Below the pieces are notes generated by a model that did no database searches, had not been told where the DNA came from, and saw only the letters and a list, made by a program, of their open reading frames with translations. This document shows positions 1-8,485 of a stretch of 15,819 nucleotides of DNA, piece after piece. Numbering within the stretch: position 1 is the first letter of the stretch; every line of letters begins with the position of its first letter. The stretch covers positions 11,254-27,072 of the forward strand of contig JBHLQM010000050.1 in assembly GCA_048884785.1 (NCBI GenBank), in the 5' to 3' direction. The DNA is from Candidatus Thorarchaeota archaeon. GTDB taxonomy: Archaea > Asgardarchaeota > Thorarchaeia > Thorarchaeales > Thorarchaeaceae. Position numbers and translations under genes: made by a program.

Positions 1-207
1 CTCTCACTAGGTGCATCCATCTATCTCCCAGTACATGCCATGAGCTGAAACACTCATTATGACTACTGACTATGAAACAGAGAATAATCAACAGCATCTG
101 GATGTCACGTTACCAGTAGATGTGAACACAGGTGCCTATGGTAGCAATGGAAGAGCTTACTAGCAAGTGATGCATTTATGAAATGAAGGAGAGAGAAATC
201 CTGGCAA

Positions 208-1023
208 ATGAAGCGAGATGAGATTCTTCAGAGACTACGAAATCATGGATTGAAGGTCATATCTTGTATGCCGTCATTCAGAGAATCATTAGATTCTCAC
301 CCTTCACTGCTGGTTTCGCATGAGTCATATCCCAATGTTGAGGCTCACCTTTTTACAGCAGCCAATGCATCGGGATGGTTGCCGCGATTATTGGCCACAG
401 GTGACGTGGAGATGAGTTGCTTTTCGACGGTTGAGGGGTACCCGTTTGCATGGATGAGATTGCTTGACACAGTAGATAATCTCATGGCTCATCTGAAATC
501 CTATAGACTGCGATTAGCATCTGGAGATGTTCCAAGTTTCATTTGGGCACACCATGAATTTCAATGGCATCGAACCCTATGGAACTCTTCACTTCACCCT
601 AGCATTAGGCCTACAGAATTCATAGATTATGTCGATCCCTCAATTAGACCTCACATACTGAAACTCAACGAATATGGTTTCTTGACAATGGAGAGCTGTT
701 CTGGATTACAGGAGGAACACCTCAATAGGGCACCATATTGGCCATATGTGATGTTCGATGAGAGAGTCTACCCAGGGATTGCACCACACCTATTTACACT
801 TGCAGATATATCCGGATGGAACGCGAAATATGCACCACACAATTTTGACGCATACCTGAAAGTTCGTCGTGGTGAAAACGCTCTTCGTGCTTTTGACACA
901 CTCGTAGATTCTGCCGGATACTTGAAAGCACTTCTTCAAGACTATGTACGTTCACTAACCTCTTCAGGATTATCGCTTTTAGAATGGAGGCTTCGAGCCT
1001 CCTCTGCAGAGGGTGAAGCCTAA
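208..1023 (+). CDS. Hypothetical protein with two diverged tandem domains; second copy has a TYW3/Taw3-like N-terminal motif
   Basis: 271-aa ORF with a TTTATG TATA-like element about 30 bp upstream. Internal repeat: YPNVEAHLFTAANASGW vs YPGIAPHLFTLADISGW. Motif VDPSIRPHILKLNEYGFLTMESCSG. Confidence 0.75.
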   Translation: MKRDEILQRLRNHGLKVISCMPSFRESLDSHPSLLVSHESYPNVEAHLFTAANASGWLPRLLATGDVEMSCFSTVEGYPFAWMRLLDTVDNLMAHLKSYRLRLASGDVPSFIWAHHEFQWHRTLWNSSLHPSIRPTEFIDYVDPSIRPHILKLNEYGFLTMESCSGLQEEHLNRAPYWPYVMFDERVYPGIAPHLFTLADISGWNAKYAPHNFDAYLKVRRGENALRAFDTLVDSAGYLKALLQDYVRSLTSSGLSLLEWRLRASSAEGEA

Positions 1024-1114
1024 GCAATTTTGATACTCCTCTGTCCACTCAAAATAGCCGAGGAAAGTGTCCATATCAGGGCGACTAAGGTAAATCCAGA
1101 TATGAGGTATTTGT

Positions 1115-1960
1115 ATGAAATTTGGAATGTCTCTGCCCAATTTTGGCTGGTTTGGCAATGTTGACTTTCTAGTAGACGTTGCTATGGAGGCTGAAGATGC
1201 CGGATGGGACGGCTTCTTCATATGGGATCACTTGATGGTTTTCAGAGAAGATCCGACAGTCTTTGTCGACCCATTTATCGCACTGGCGGCGATTGCTTGC
1301 AACACCAACAAAATACGGATTGGGACACATATCACGCCTCTCCCAAGAAGAAGGCCCTGGAAGGTTGCTCGAGAAGCAGTCACCTTGGATTATCTTTCAA
1401 AAGGGAGATTTGTTTTGGGCGTTGGGATTGGGGCGCCTCCAGATACTGAATTTGAAGCATTTGGTGAAGAATCAAGCTCAAAGATACGGGGGGAGAAGTT
1501 GGATGAAGCACTTGATATCATCCTGGGTCTATGGTCTGGGAAAGCCTTCTCATACTGCGGGAAGCATTTCAATCTTAATGAGGTCACCTTTCTGCCAAGA
1601 CCCAAGCAGGAGCCACGGATCCCTATTTGGGTCGGCGGAGGTATTCCGCACAAAGCTCCTTTCAGAAGGGCTGCACGGTATGATGGCGTAGCTCCTGTTC
1701 ACTCAGAGTGGCCTACACCTGTCACAATTCGGGATTTGGAAGCACTGTTGGAGCTGATTAGGTTGGAGAGAGGATCGCTGCAAGACTATGATGTTGTCAT
1801 ATGTGGAGAAACCTCTGGGGAAAACAAAAAGGCTGATAGAACGAAGGTTCGGGTCTGGAAAGATGCTGGCGTTACATGGTGGCTAGAAGATATCCACGGA
1901 TTCCGTGCAGGAATTGACGACCTACGGCACCGAATTAGAGCAGGTCCACCGGAAGAGTGA
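1115..1960 (+). CDS. LLM class (luciferase-like) flavin/F420-dependent oxidoreductase
   Basis: Family motifs AEDAGWDGFFIWDHL, DPFIALAAIA..T..IRIGT, TLDYLSKGRFVLGVGIG, PRIPIWVGG and RRAARYDG. GAGGT RBS upstream of the ATG. Confidence 0.92.
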   Translation: MKFGMSLPNFGWFGNVDFLVDVAMEAEDAGWDGFFIWDHLMVFREDPTVFVDPFIALAAIACNTNKIRIGTHITPLPRRRPWKVAREAVTLDYLSKGRFVLGVGIGAPPDTEFEAFGEESSSKIRGEKLDEALDIILGLWSGKAFSYCGKHFNLNEVTFLPRPKQEPRIPIWVGGGIPHKAPFRRAARYDGVAPVHSEWPTPVTIRDLEALLELIRLERGSLQDYDVVICGETSGENKKADRTKVRVWKDAGVTWWLEDIHGFRAGIDDLRHRIRAGPPEE

Positions 1961-1979
1961 GAATCATTATCATTTTACA

Positions 1980-4271
1980 TTACCCAGATCTTTCATCGTG
2001 TATGCCAGTCACAGGCATATCCAACTTGATGCTTTTAGGAAACGTGAGAATAAAAGAAGACCCTTCGTTGAAATTTCCTGGAACTCTATCTTCTATACGA
2101 ATATCTCCGTCAAATAGCTCTGTGAGTGCCTTTACCATGGATAGTCCCAATCCAGTTCCTTGTGCTCCCTTCATAAACCGTGTGAATAGGTCTGATCTTT
2201 TATCTGGGTGAATTCCTGGTCCATTGTCACTAACGCAGACCTGCCAGAAGCCCTGATTACCAGCGTCAATCGATCTTATTGTTATTTCAACTGGTTTTCC
2301 ATTGGAATAATCGATTGCATTCAGAAGAAGATTCAGAAAGATATCTGGGAGGAGCTCATTTGCCAGTATGAAACAATTGGGCGAATCAGAATCCAATCTG
2401 AGACTTATTTGTCTCTCATCTCGGAATCTAGATACCAATTCGAAGGTCTCAGATATGGCCGAGATGAGATCCATTGGGATGAAATCTTCCTTCTCGAGAG
2501 ATTCTATACTTCCAAGTTTTCTAACATTTCTCACAAGTCGATCTGCTTCTTCCAGTGTTATGTATGCATCATTTAGCACTCGGTCGCGAACATCTTCTGG
2601 TGTGACAGCTAATTGCGCCAACTCTATTGCATTCATAATTATCTGATGATAGTTTGATATATCATGAGCCAATAGATCTGCGTATACTTTCGCTTGTATC
2701 TCAGATTGCTGCGCAAAAAATGAGGAATTGAGATATAGATAGCCTAGAATGGATGGGGCCAAGAATAGACCAATAAGTAGAACAGCCTCACTCAACCACC
2801 AACCTGTTGTCCAAGCTGCGAAAATACCTTTCAAAAGATTAGGCATTATCCAAAGACTCAGAAATCCTGCCGATAGTGCGTCAAGAGTGACCTTTCCTTT
2901 ATTTTTGGCAAAAATGAGGAATGATAAATACGCCAATTCTGCGATGGCAAATAAACTCAGACCTATTAGTACACTTTGTCCATAGAATGTTGAATCCGCC
3001 ATTCCCCAATATGAAACGGCCAAAAAACGGCCAAATTCCGCAAGGATAATTGATAGACCTCCCGTCATCAATCCAAATATTACCCAGTTCATCGGAGAAT
3101 AATTGATGCTGGATTCTTCCCTTGTCAACCACCTAGCTGAAAGCGCAAAAGCAGGAAGCGAGAAGAAAGTCCCAATAATATACGGAACCAACGATTCGAT
3201 CCGTGATATAGAAAACAGTCCTGGTAGTAAAAGCTGTGAGAGTCCAACTGTTACCCATAGCGCATAGATAAAGACCAAAGGGTAGAGAGAATCCTTTCCT
3301 GCATTTTTGGCAAAAGTAAATGTGAAAACTGCCAAGGTTATGGACATAGCAGTAGAGCCGATGCGAGCAATTGTATAGACATTAGCTTCAGTATATAGCA
3401 TGTATGGCCAAGTGAGTTCAGCTATCAATGCCAATATTAGAGGAATGATAATAATCATTGAAACGGAATAAGCAAGGATATCTGCAGTTCTATAATTGGG
3501 TGCAATACTTCTGAGATAAGGCACAACAAGTGCCATGTAGATTGTGAAGAAGCCGACTGTCTGAAAGCAAAATGATAGAGTCCATATTTGAGAATGATTA
3601 ATCAACGCGAGTAGTGTAGGGATTACTGACAATGTAAGAAAGATTAGTCCCCCTGCAAGCCTTAATGTGCTTATTTGATAAAAGGAATCCCAATTTCGAA
3701 TAGTAATTATTGTTCCTACACTCAGAACCAATATTGCCGATATACCAAATAGAAATCCAGCAGCAATGCCACTTTCATCATTTAGGGATGGAAGGATAAA
3801 GAATCTAGCAATTCCATGCCCAATTAGGGAACCCAGCAGTAGAACAGCAATTCCTAGATAGAAGCGGACTCTTGGGGCATCTTCGAAATGCCTGGAAATT
3901 AGCATTGTTGCCAGCAACATCAAATGACCCACAATCATTAATTCCAATAAATCCAGAGTCAATACTGCATCTGTCTTTTGTATTAGAGGTGAATCGGGCT
4001 GAAAAATCGCCTCAATGGCTCCACCAAATTCAATTATGGCATAGTATGAAAAGGCAGCGCAGAATAACAGGGCCGCTCTTGTTTGCTCCTTCTTCTGGTG
4101 TAGGAATGCTGTCGCAATGCAAAGAGACGCCAAAAATGCGAGAAGTGATTCAAAACCCACTGCTGCCATGGACCTACCCCATGCTGGATAGGCAATAATG
4201 AAGAGGCCAAATGCAACTAGGATATTCACTGACATGAAAATCAAGAATTTCCTAAGAATATCAAATCTCAT
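1980..4271 (-). CDS. Multi-pass membrane sensor histidine kinase (about 16 TM + HisKA + HATPase_c)
   Basis: H-box DLLAHDISNYHQ, N-box IFLNLLLNAIDY, G1 SDNGPGI, F-box LFTRF, G2 GTGLGL. About 510 N-terminal residues are almost entirely hydrophobic helices. Confidence 0.92.
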   Translation of the reverse strand: MRFDILRKFLIFMSVNILVAFGLFIIAYPAWGRSMAAVGFESLLAFLASLCIATAFLHQKKEQTRAALLFCAAFSYYAIIEFGGAIEAIFQPDSPLIQKTDAVLTLDLLELMIVGHLMLLATMLISRHFEDAPRVRFYLGIAVLLLGSLIGHGIARFFILPSLNDESGIAAGFLFGISAILVLSVGTIITIRNWDSFYQISTLRLAGGLIFLTLSVIPTLLALINHSQIWTLSFCFQTVGFFTIYMALVVPYLRSIAPNYRTADILAYSVSMIIIIPLILALIAELTWPYMLYTEANVYTIARIGSTAMSITLAVFTFTFAKNAGKDSLYPLVFIYALWVTVGLSQLLLPGLFSISRIESLVPYIIGTFFSLPAFALSARWLTREESSINYSPMNWVIFGLMTGGLSIILAEFGRFLAVSYWGMADSTFYGQSVLIGLSLFAIAELAYLSFLIFAKNKGKVTLDALSAGFLSLWIMPNLLKGIFAAWTTGWWLSEAVLLIGLFLAPSILGYLYLNSSFFAQQSEIQAKVYADLLAHDISNYHQIIMNAIELAQLAVTPEDVRDRVLNDAYITLEEADRLVRNVRKLGSIESLEKEDFIPMDLISAISETFELVSRFRDERQISLRLDSDSPNCFILANELLPDIFLNLLLNAIDYSNGKPVEITIRSIDAGNQGFWQVCVSDNGPGIHPDKRSDLFTRFMKGAQGTGLGLSMVKALTELFDGDIRIEDRVPGNFNEGSSFILTFPKSIKLDMPVTGIHDERSG

Positions 4272-4518
4272 GCTGAAAGTAAATAGGCATTAATCCTACA
4301 AAAACAATATTTGATTGTACATTGTCCCTCAATTCATGAAGGTTTCAGAATGAAAGTTAGGATGGGGCAAACTCTTTCTCTTGAAACAAGACTATATACT
4401 AGCTTGCGTTTTCAGCAAGTTACCGATATGACTCTTTTCCCTCATCTGAGTTTTTGAATGATCACAAGTGCATCATTGTCAACTCTGAAGCTCCTAATGC
4501 ATCTTCTCTGATACGCTA

Positions 4519-5907
4519 TTAGAGAGTTCCATGCGCTTTCCGTTGCAGAAACCTGCCCTGACCAACCTTGCCAACAAACTTGCCTTTCTCAGCAACTACC
4601 TTTCCACTTGATATTGTCACATGAGGATATCCCTTTAGCTTCCATCCCTCAAAGGGGTTCCAATCGCAGTTAGTTTGTAAATCTTCAGCATGAATCGTTA
4701 CATTCCTCCCAGGGTCAAACACAAGGATATCTGCATCCCCTCCAACTTCAATGGCTCCTTTCCGTGGATACATCCCAAACAGCTTTGCTGGGTTTGTAGA
4801 AATTAGGGCAACAAACTGATTTAGTGAAAGTCCTCTCTTACCAACGCCTTCAGTAAACATTAGCGGTACCATGGTTTCTACTCCGGGCATCCCAAATGGA
4901 ATTTTACGAAAGTCTCCCTTCCACGCGGCTTTCTGCTCAGTTGTGAATGTGCAAGTATCAGTTGCAATCAGTGATACATCCCCCTCAAGCAGTCCTCTCC
5001 ATAATCGTTCACTGTCATGCGGCTTCTTAATTTGTGGACATGTAGCATATAGATGCCCATTCTCTCCCTTGAATACCTCGTCATCGAGCAGCAAATACTG
5101 AGGACAGGTTTCAGCATAAACCTCTACTCCACGCTGCTTCCCAGCACGAACTGCGTCAGCTCCTTCCCCCGTTGACATATGCACGATGTACAGTCTTCCA
5201 CCAGTTGCCTCTGCCCACTTGATTGCTCGGATAATTGCCTCTTCTTCAGTATAACAGGGCCGTGAGAGTGTATGGCCGTAAGCACCCCATTTCTCCTTCT
5301 CCTGAGCATATCTGTCAATAAGCATGTCCAAGATATCGACACTCTCTGCATGAACGCCTATATGGCCACCATACTTCTTTGTTTCTTCAAGGGCTTGGAA
5401 GAGCATTCCATCATCTGCCATCCACCCCTCATTCTTGTAAATCATGAACATCTTGAAGGTTGGAATCCCGTATTCTATTACCTGTTTGATCTCCGCCTGA
5501 GTTTTCTCATTCCAATCTGTTATCGCAGCATGTAATCCATAATCAACGCAGACCTTTCCATCAGCCTCTTTTCTGCGAGCCTTCACGGCTTCCATGATGG
5601 TACTTCCTTTGCGCTGAATGGCGAAATCAAGAACTGTTGTGACTCCTCCGCATGCTGCAGCTTTGGTTCCATTCTCAAAGTCATCTGCGGATACTGTCCC
5701 AGAGAATGGAAGCTGGAAGTGAACATGAACATCAATTGCCCCAGGAAAGACATACAAGCCGCTTGCATCAACGATTTTGGCTTTGCTGTCCTTCAGGTTC
5801 TTCGCAATTGATGCAATCTTTCCTTCTTTTACTCCGATATCTGTGTGGGTTGTTTTGCTTGCAGTGATAACAGTACCACCTTTCACAATCAGATCAAACT
5901 CAGACAT
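4519..5907 (-). CDS. hydA: Dihydropyrimidinase / D-hydantoinase
   Basis: Amidohydrolase metal motifs PGAIDVHVH, AAACGGVTTVLDF, FKMFM (carboxylated Lys), VHAE, IVHMS, AETCPQYL, ATD, NPAKLFGMYPRKG and DAD. GAGGA RBS upstream. Confidence 0.93.
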   Translation of the reverse strand: MSEFDLIVKGGTVITASKTTHTDIGVKEGKIASIAKNLKDSKAKIVDASGLYVFPGAIDVHVHFQLPFSGTVSADDFENGTKAAACGGVTTVLDFAIQRKGSTIMEAVKARRKEADGKVCVDYGLHAAITDWNEKTQAEIKQVIEYGIPTFKMFMIYKNEGWMADDGMLFQALEETKKYGGHIGVHAESVDILDMLIDRYAQEKEKWGAYGHTLSRPCYTEEEAIIRAIKWAEATGGRLYIVHMSTGEGADAVRAGKQRGVEVYAETCPQYLLLDDEVFKGENGHLYATCPQIKKPHDSERLWRGLLEGDVSLIATDTCTFTTEQKAAWKGDFRKIPFGMPGVETMVPLMFTEGVGKRGLSLNQFVALISTNPAKLFGMYPRKGAIEVGGDADILVFDPGRNVTIHAEDLQTNCDWNPFEGWKLKGYPHVTISSGKVVAEKGKFVGKVGQGRFLQRKAHGTL

Positions 5908-5956
5908 TCTTAACTATCCTCAGGTTTTTTTCGTTTTTTGGACCATGTACACGGCC

Positions 5957-5970
5957 AAATAAATCGCTTT
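5957..5970 (-). promoter_or_regulatory. Putative BRE/TATA promoter of hydA
   Basis: Minus strand reads AAAGCGATTTATTT about 50 bp upstream of the hydA ATG. Confidence 0.4.
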
Positions 5971-6019
5971 AGGATTTCGGTTTTTGCTCATTTCATGCAT
6001 TCTTCAGCAAAACGTATTA

Positions 6020-6040
6020 GTGATGATACTCTATCACCAC
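6020..6040. promoter_or_regulatory. Imperfect palindrome, candidate operator in the hydA/pydC divergent region
   Basis: GTGATGATA-CTC-TATCACCAC (8/9 arm match) directly after the AT-rich AAAACGTATTA. Confidence 0.4.
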
Positions 6041-6066
6041 GCTACCAATTCTTCGGAGAGAGTGAA

Positions 6067-6933
6067 GTGCGGAATGTACGCGTCGGCCTGGTTCAGGCCA
6101 AATGGGAAGGCGACGTCACTGACGAAGCCACAATTGAAGAGAGTATTGAGCGAATGATCCGGAAACACGAAGGATTTGCGATGATGGCTGAGCAACAAAA
6201 AGTCCAGATTCTCTGCTTTCAAGAGCTGTTCTATGGACCCTATTTTTGCGCAGAACAAGACCGTCGCTGGTATAAATACGCGGAACCCATTCCTGGACCG
6301 CTAACAACACGGATGTCGAAACTAGCCAAGAAGCATCACTTGGTCTTAATTACACCCATGTATGAAGAGGAATCAGTTGGTGTCTACTACAATACTGCGG
6401 TAATTTTCAATAATGATGGTAGCATGCTCGGCAAGTTTAGAAAGATGCACATCCCGCATCTTGATCCTGGATTCTGGGAGAAATTCTATTTCCGACCAGG
6501 GAATCTTGGATATCCTGTATTCAATACGCCATTTGGCAAGGTTGGGTTATACATATGCTATGACCGTCACTTTCCTGAAGGAGCTAGGGCATTGGGATTG
6601 AACGGAGCAGAGATAGTCTTCAATCCATCTGCAACTGTTGCAGGACTATCTGAGCATCTTTGGAAAATTGAGCAGCCCGCACATGCCGTTGCGAATGGAT
6701 ACTTCATTGCAGCTATCAATCGTGTAGGGGAAGAACCTTGGCAAACAGGATTGTTCTATGGTTCATCATACATTGCAGATCCAAGGGGACAGATAGTTGT
6801 ACAAGGGTCTCGCGATAACGAAGAGCTCGTTATAGCTGATATTGACTTGGATCTGATTCGTGAAGTCCGGAATACTTGGCAATTCTATAGAGACCGCCGT
6901 CCAGATTCCTATGAAGACCTCGTGAGGGGATAA
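6067..6933 (+). CDS. pydC: Nitrilase-family beta-ureidopropionase (N-carbamoyl-beta-alanine amidohydrolase)
   Basis: Catalytic triad E (FQELF), K (RKMHIP), C (ICYDRHFPE); also FWEKFYF and C-terminal WQFYRDRRP. Start moved from the ORF-track 5938 to in-frame GTG 6067 (VRNVRVGLVQ), which follows GGAGAG. Divergent from hydA. Substrate assignment rests partly on context. Confidence 0.85.
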   Translation: MRNVRVGLVQAKWEGDVTDEATIEESIERMIRKHEGFAMMAEQQKVQILCFQELFYGPYFCAEQDRRWYKYAEPIPGPLTTRMSKLAKKHHLVLITPMYEEESVGVYYNTAVIFNNDGSMLGKFRKMHIPHLDPGFWEKFYFRPGNLGYPVFNTPFGKVGLYICYDRHFPEGARALGLNGAEIVFNPSATVAGLSEHLWKIEQPAHAVANGYFIAAINRVGEEPWQTGLFYGSSYIADPRGQIVVQGSRDNEELVIADIDLDLIREVRNTWQFYRDRRPDSYEDLVRG

Positions 6934-6938
6934 CCCCC

Positions 6939-8366
6939 TCACAATCCTTTCTCGGCTACCGTGAACGCTTCATCCAAAGCTTCACATGCAGTATCGATTT
7001 GCTTCTCAGTCAATTCTAGTGGAGGTTGGATTCGAATCACATTCCCATCGAGACCACCCTTTCCTATGAGAACTCCCTTTGTCTTGCATACTTCCATCAC
7101 AGTGAGTATTTCCTGAGATGCGGGTTCCTTGGTGTTCAGATCTTTGACAAGCTCTACACCAATCATCATCCCTTGCCCTCGAACATCACCAACCAATTTA
7201 TGATCATCTTTGAGAGCCTTGAGTTTCTTCATCATATATTGACCATGTTTCTCAGCACGCTCAAGATACCTTTCTTCCTCGATTATTTCTAAAACTGCCA
7301 CTGCCCCTGCACAGGAGAGTGGATTCCCTCCGAAAGTTGCAAATGCATCTATCATCTTGTAGTCTGTCGCATACTCAGGTCTTGTCAGAAATCCACCAAT
7401 AGGAAGACCGCTACCAAATCCTTTGGCCATTGTAATGATGTCTGGGTCCACTCCTGAGTGCTGTATGCCCCACCATTTCTTCCCTGTTCTTCCGAATCCT
7501 GTCTGAACTTCATCTGAAATGTAGATTCCTCCAAATTCCTTCACAATCTCATGAACTATTCGGAAATACTCGGAAGGTGGTTTGATAATTCCACCAACAC
7601 CTTGGATTGGTTCTGCAATGAACGCTGCAATTGCGTTGTTTGTTTGTGTTCGAATGACCTCTCGTAAATACCGTGCGCATTCGAAATCACAATCGGGATA
7701 GTCTTTGCCAAACGCACATCTGTAGCAGTAGCCAAAGGGCGTGAATCGAACTCCTGGAGGATGTCCTTCAGAAACCGACCGCCATCCTGAAGTTGATAGC
7801 TCGCGCGCTAGAGTAGTCCTCCCATGGTAGGCTCTTGAACAGGCAACAACATAGGGGCTCTTAGTGTGTTTCCTTGCCATGAAAATAGCACCTTCATTGG
7901 CCTCAGAACCACTGTTCACAATATAGACCTGTGAAAGACCCTTTGGGGCAATCTTGACAAGCTTCTCAGCCAAAACAGGATATGGTATTGTAGAATACAA
8001 TGTGCTTGTATAGATAAGTCGTTCAGCTTGCCATTTGAGGGTGGCAACAAGCTTCGGATGTGAATATCCTGTGATCGTTGTGCAAATACCTGCAAAGAGG
8101 TCGATGTACTCTTTTCCATCACTGTCCTTCAAAACTGCACCTTGTCCTTCTGTAAAAATGATGGGCTCCTTGTAATAATGTGCCACAGCTGGAACAATAT
8201 GCTTCTTTTCAAGATCAAGTACTTCATTTCTCTTGTAGACCCTCAGCAAGTCTTTTGGAACCAAATCTTCACTCATGGCCTTCTCAACTCCTGCAATGAC
8301 TTTTTCGAAGACTTCGGTTCGTTTGCGTCCCTTTTTCAAATCTTTTGGGGGAAATTCTTCGCTCAT
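6939..8366 (-). CDS. Class III PLP-dependent aminotransferase, probable beta-alanine/beta-aminoisobutyrate transaminase (AGXT2/PydD-like)
   Basis: Motifs GKEYIDLFAG, NSGSEANE, AYHGRT, FIAEPIQGVGG, ISDEVQTGFGRTG, DIITMAKG (PLP Lys) and TFGGNP. Start placed at ATG 8366, preceded by GGGTGAT; the ORF-track 8513 start overlaps the divergent gene. Substrate inferred from context. Confidence 0.88.
   Translation of the reverse strand: MSEEFPPKDLKKGRKRTEVFEKVIAGVEKAMSEDLVPKDLLRVYKRNEVLDLEKKHIVPAVAHYYKEPIIFTEGQGAVLKDSDGKEYIDLFAGICTTITGYSHPKLVATLKWQAERLIYTSTLYSTIPYPVLAEKLVKIAPKGLSQVYIVNSGSEANEGAIFMARKHTKSPYVVACSRAYHGRTTLARELSTSGWRSVSEGHPPGVRFTPFGYCYRCAFGKDYPDCDFECARYLREVIRTQTNNAIAAFIAEPIQGVGGIIKPPSEYFRIVHEIVKEFGGIYISDEVQTGFGRTGKKWWGIQHSGVDPDIITMAKGFGSGLPIGGFLTRPEYATDYKMIDAFATFGGNPLSCAGAVAVLEIIEEERYLERAEKHGQYMMKKLKALKDDHKLVGDVRGQGMMIGVELVKDLNTKEPASQEILTVMEVCKTKGVLIGKGGLDGNVIRIQPPLELTEKQIDTACEALDEAFTVAEKGL
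8217..8366 (-). repeat. 90-bp-period tandem duplication at the aminotransferase 5' end
   Basis: MSEEFPPKDLKKGRKRTEV (ATG 8366) vs MSEDLVPKDLLRVYKRNEV (ATG 8276), 11/19 identical. Confidence 0.7.
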
Positions 8367-8408
8367 GCGTTGTATCACCCTATGACATTGCCTACGAAGT
8401 GCAAGGTG

Positions 8409-8420
8409 CCTAAAGACTTT
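8409..8420 (-). promoter_or_regulatory. Putative promoter element AAAGTCTTTAGG of the aminotransferase
   Basis: Ends about 43 bp before ATG 8366 and matches the element upstream of preA. Confidence 0.4.
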
Positions 8421-8485
8421 ACCCGATAGCATAAAATCATTGCAACTAATAGCATAACAACTATTGAAAGAGTGGATGCTCGATA

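Noticed and set aside
1-207. Possible partial gene or RNA at the left edge (and similarly 15623-15819 at the right edge)
   Set aside because: No convincing ORF, tRNA fold or repeat array can be supported from the visible sequence.
1115-1960. LLM gene as RutA, i.e. a second, oxidative pyrimidine pathway
   Set aside because: At 281 aa with WDH and LPRRRPW motifs it is a generic short LLM type. No other rut genes are present and it is separated from the cluster by the kinase.
1958-1960. TGA stops (also at 6939 and 9785) as possible selenocysteine readthrough
   Set aside because: The LLM and aminotransferase stops fall at normal family C-termini, none aligns with a conserved Cys position, and there is little room before the next gene.
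5938-6066. 43-aa N-terminal extension of the nitrilase in the ORF track
   Set aside because: It runs through the divergent promoter region, and family similarity begins at GTG 6067.
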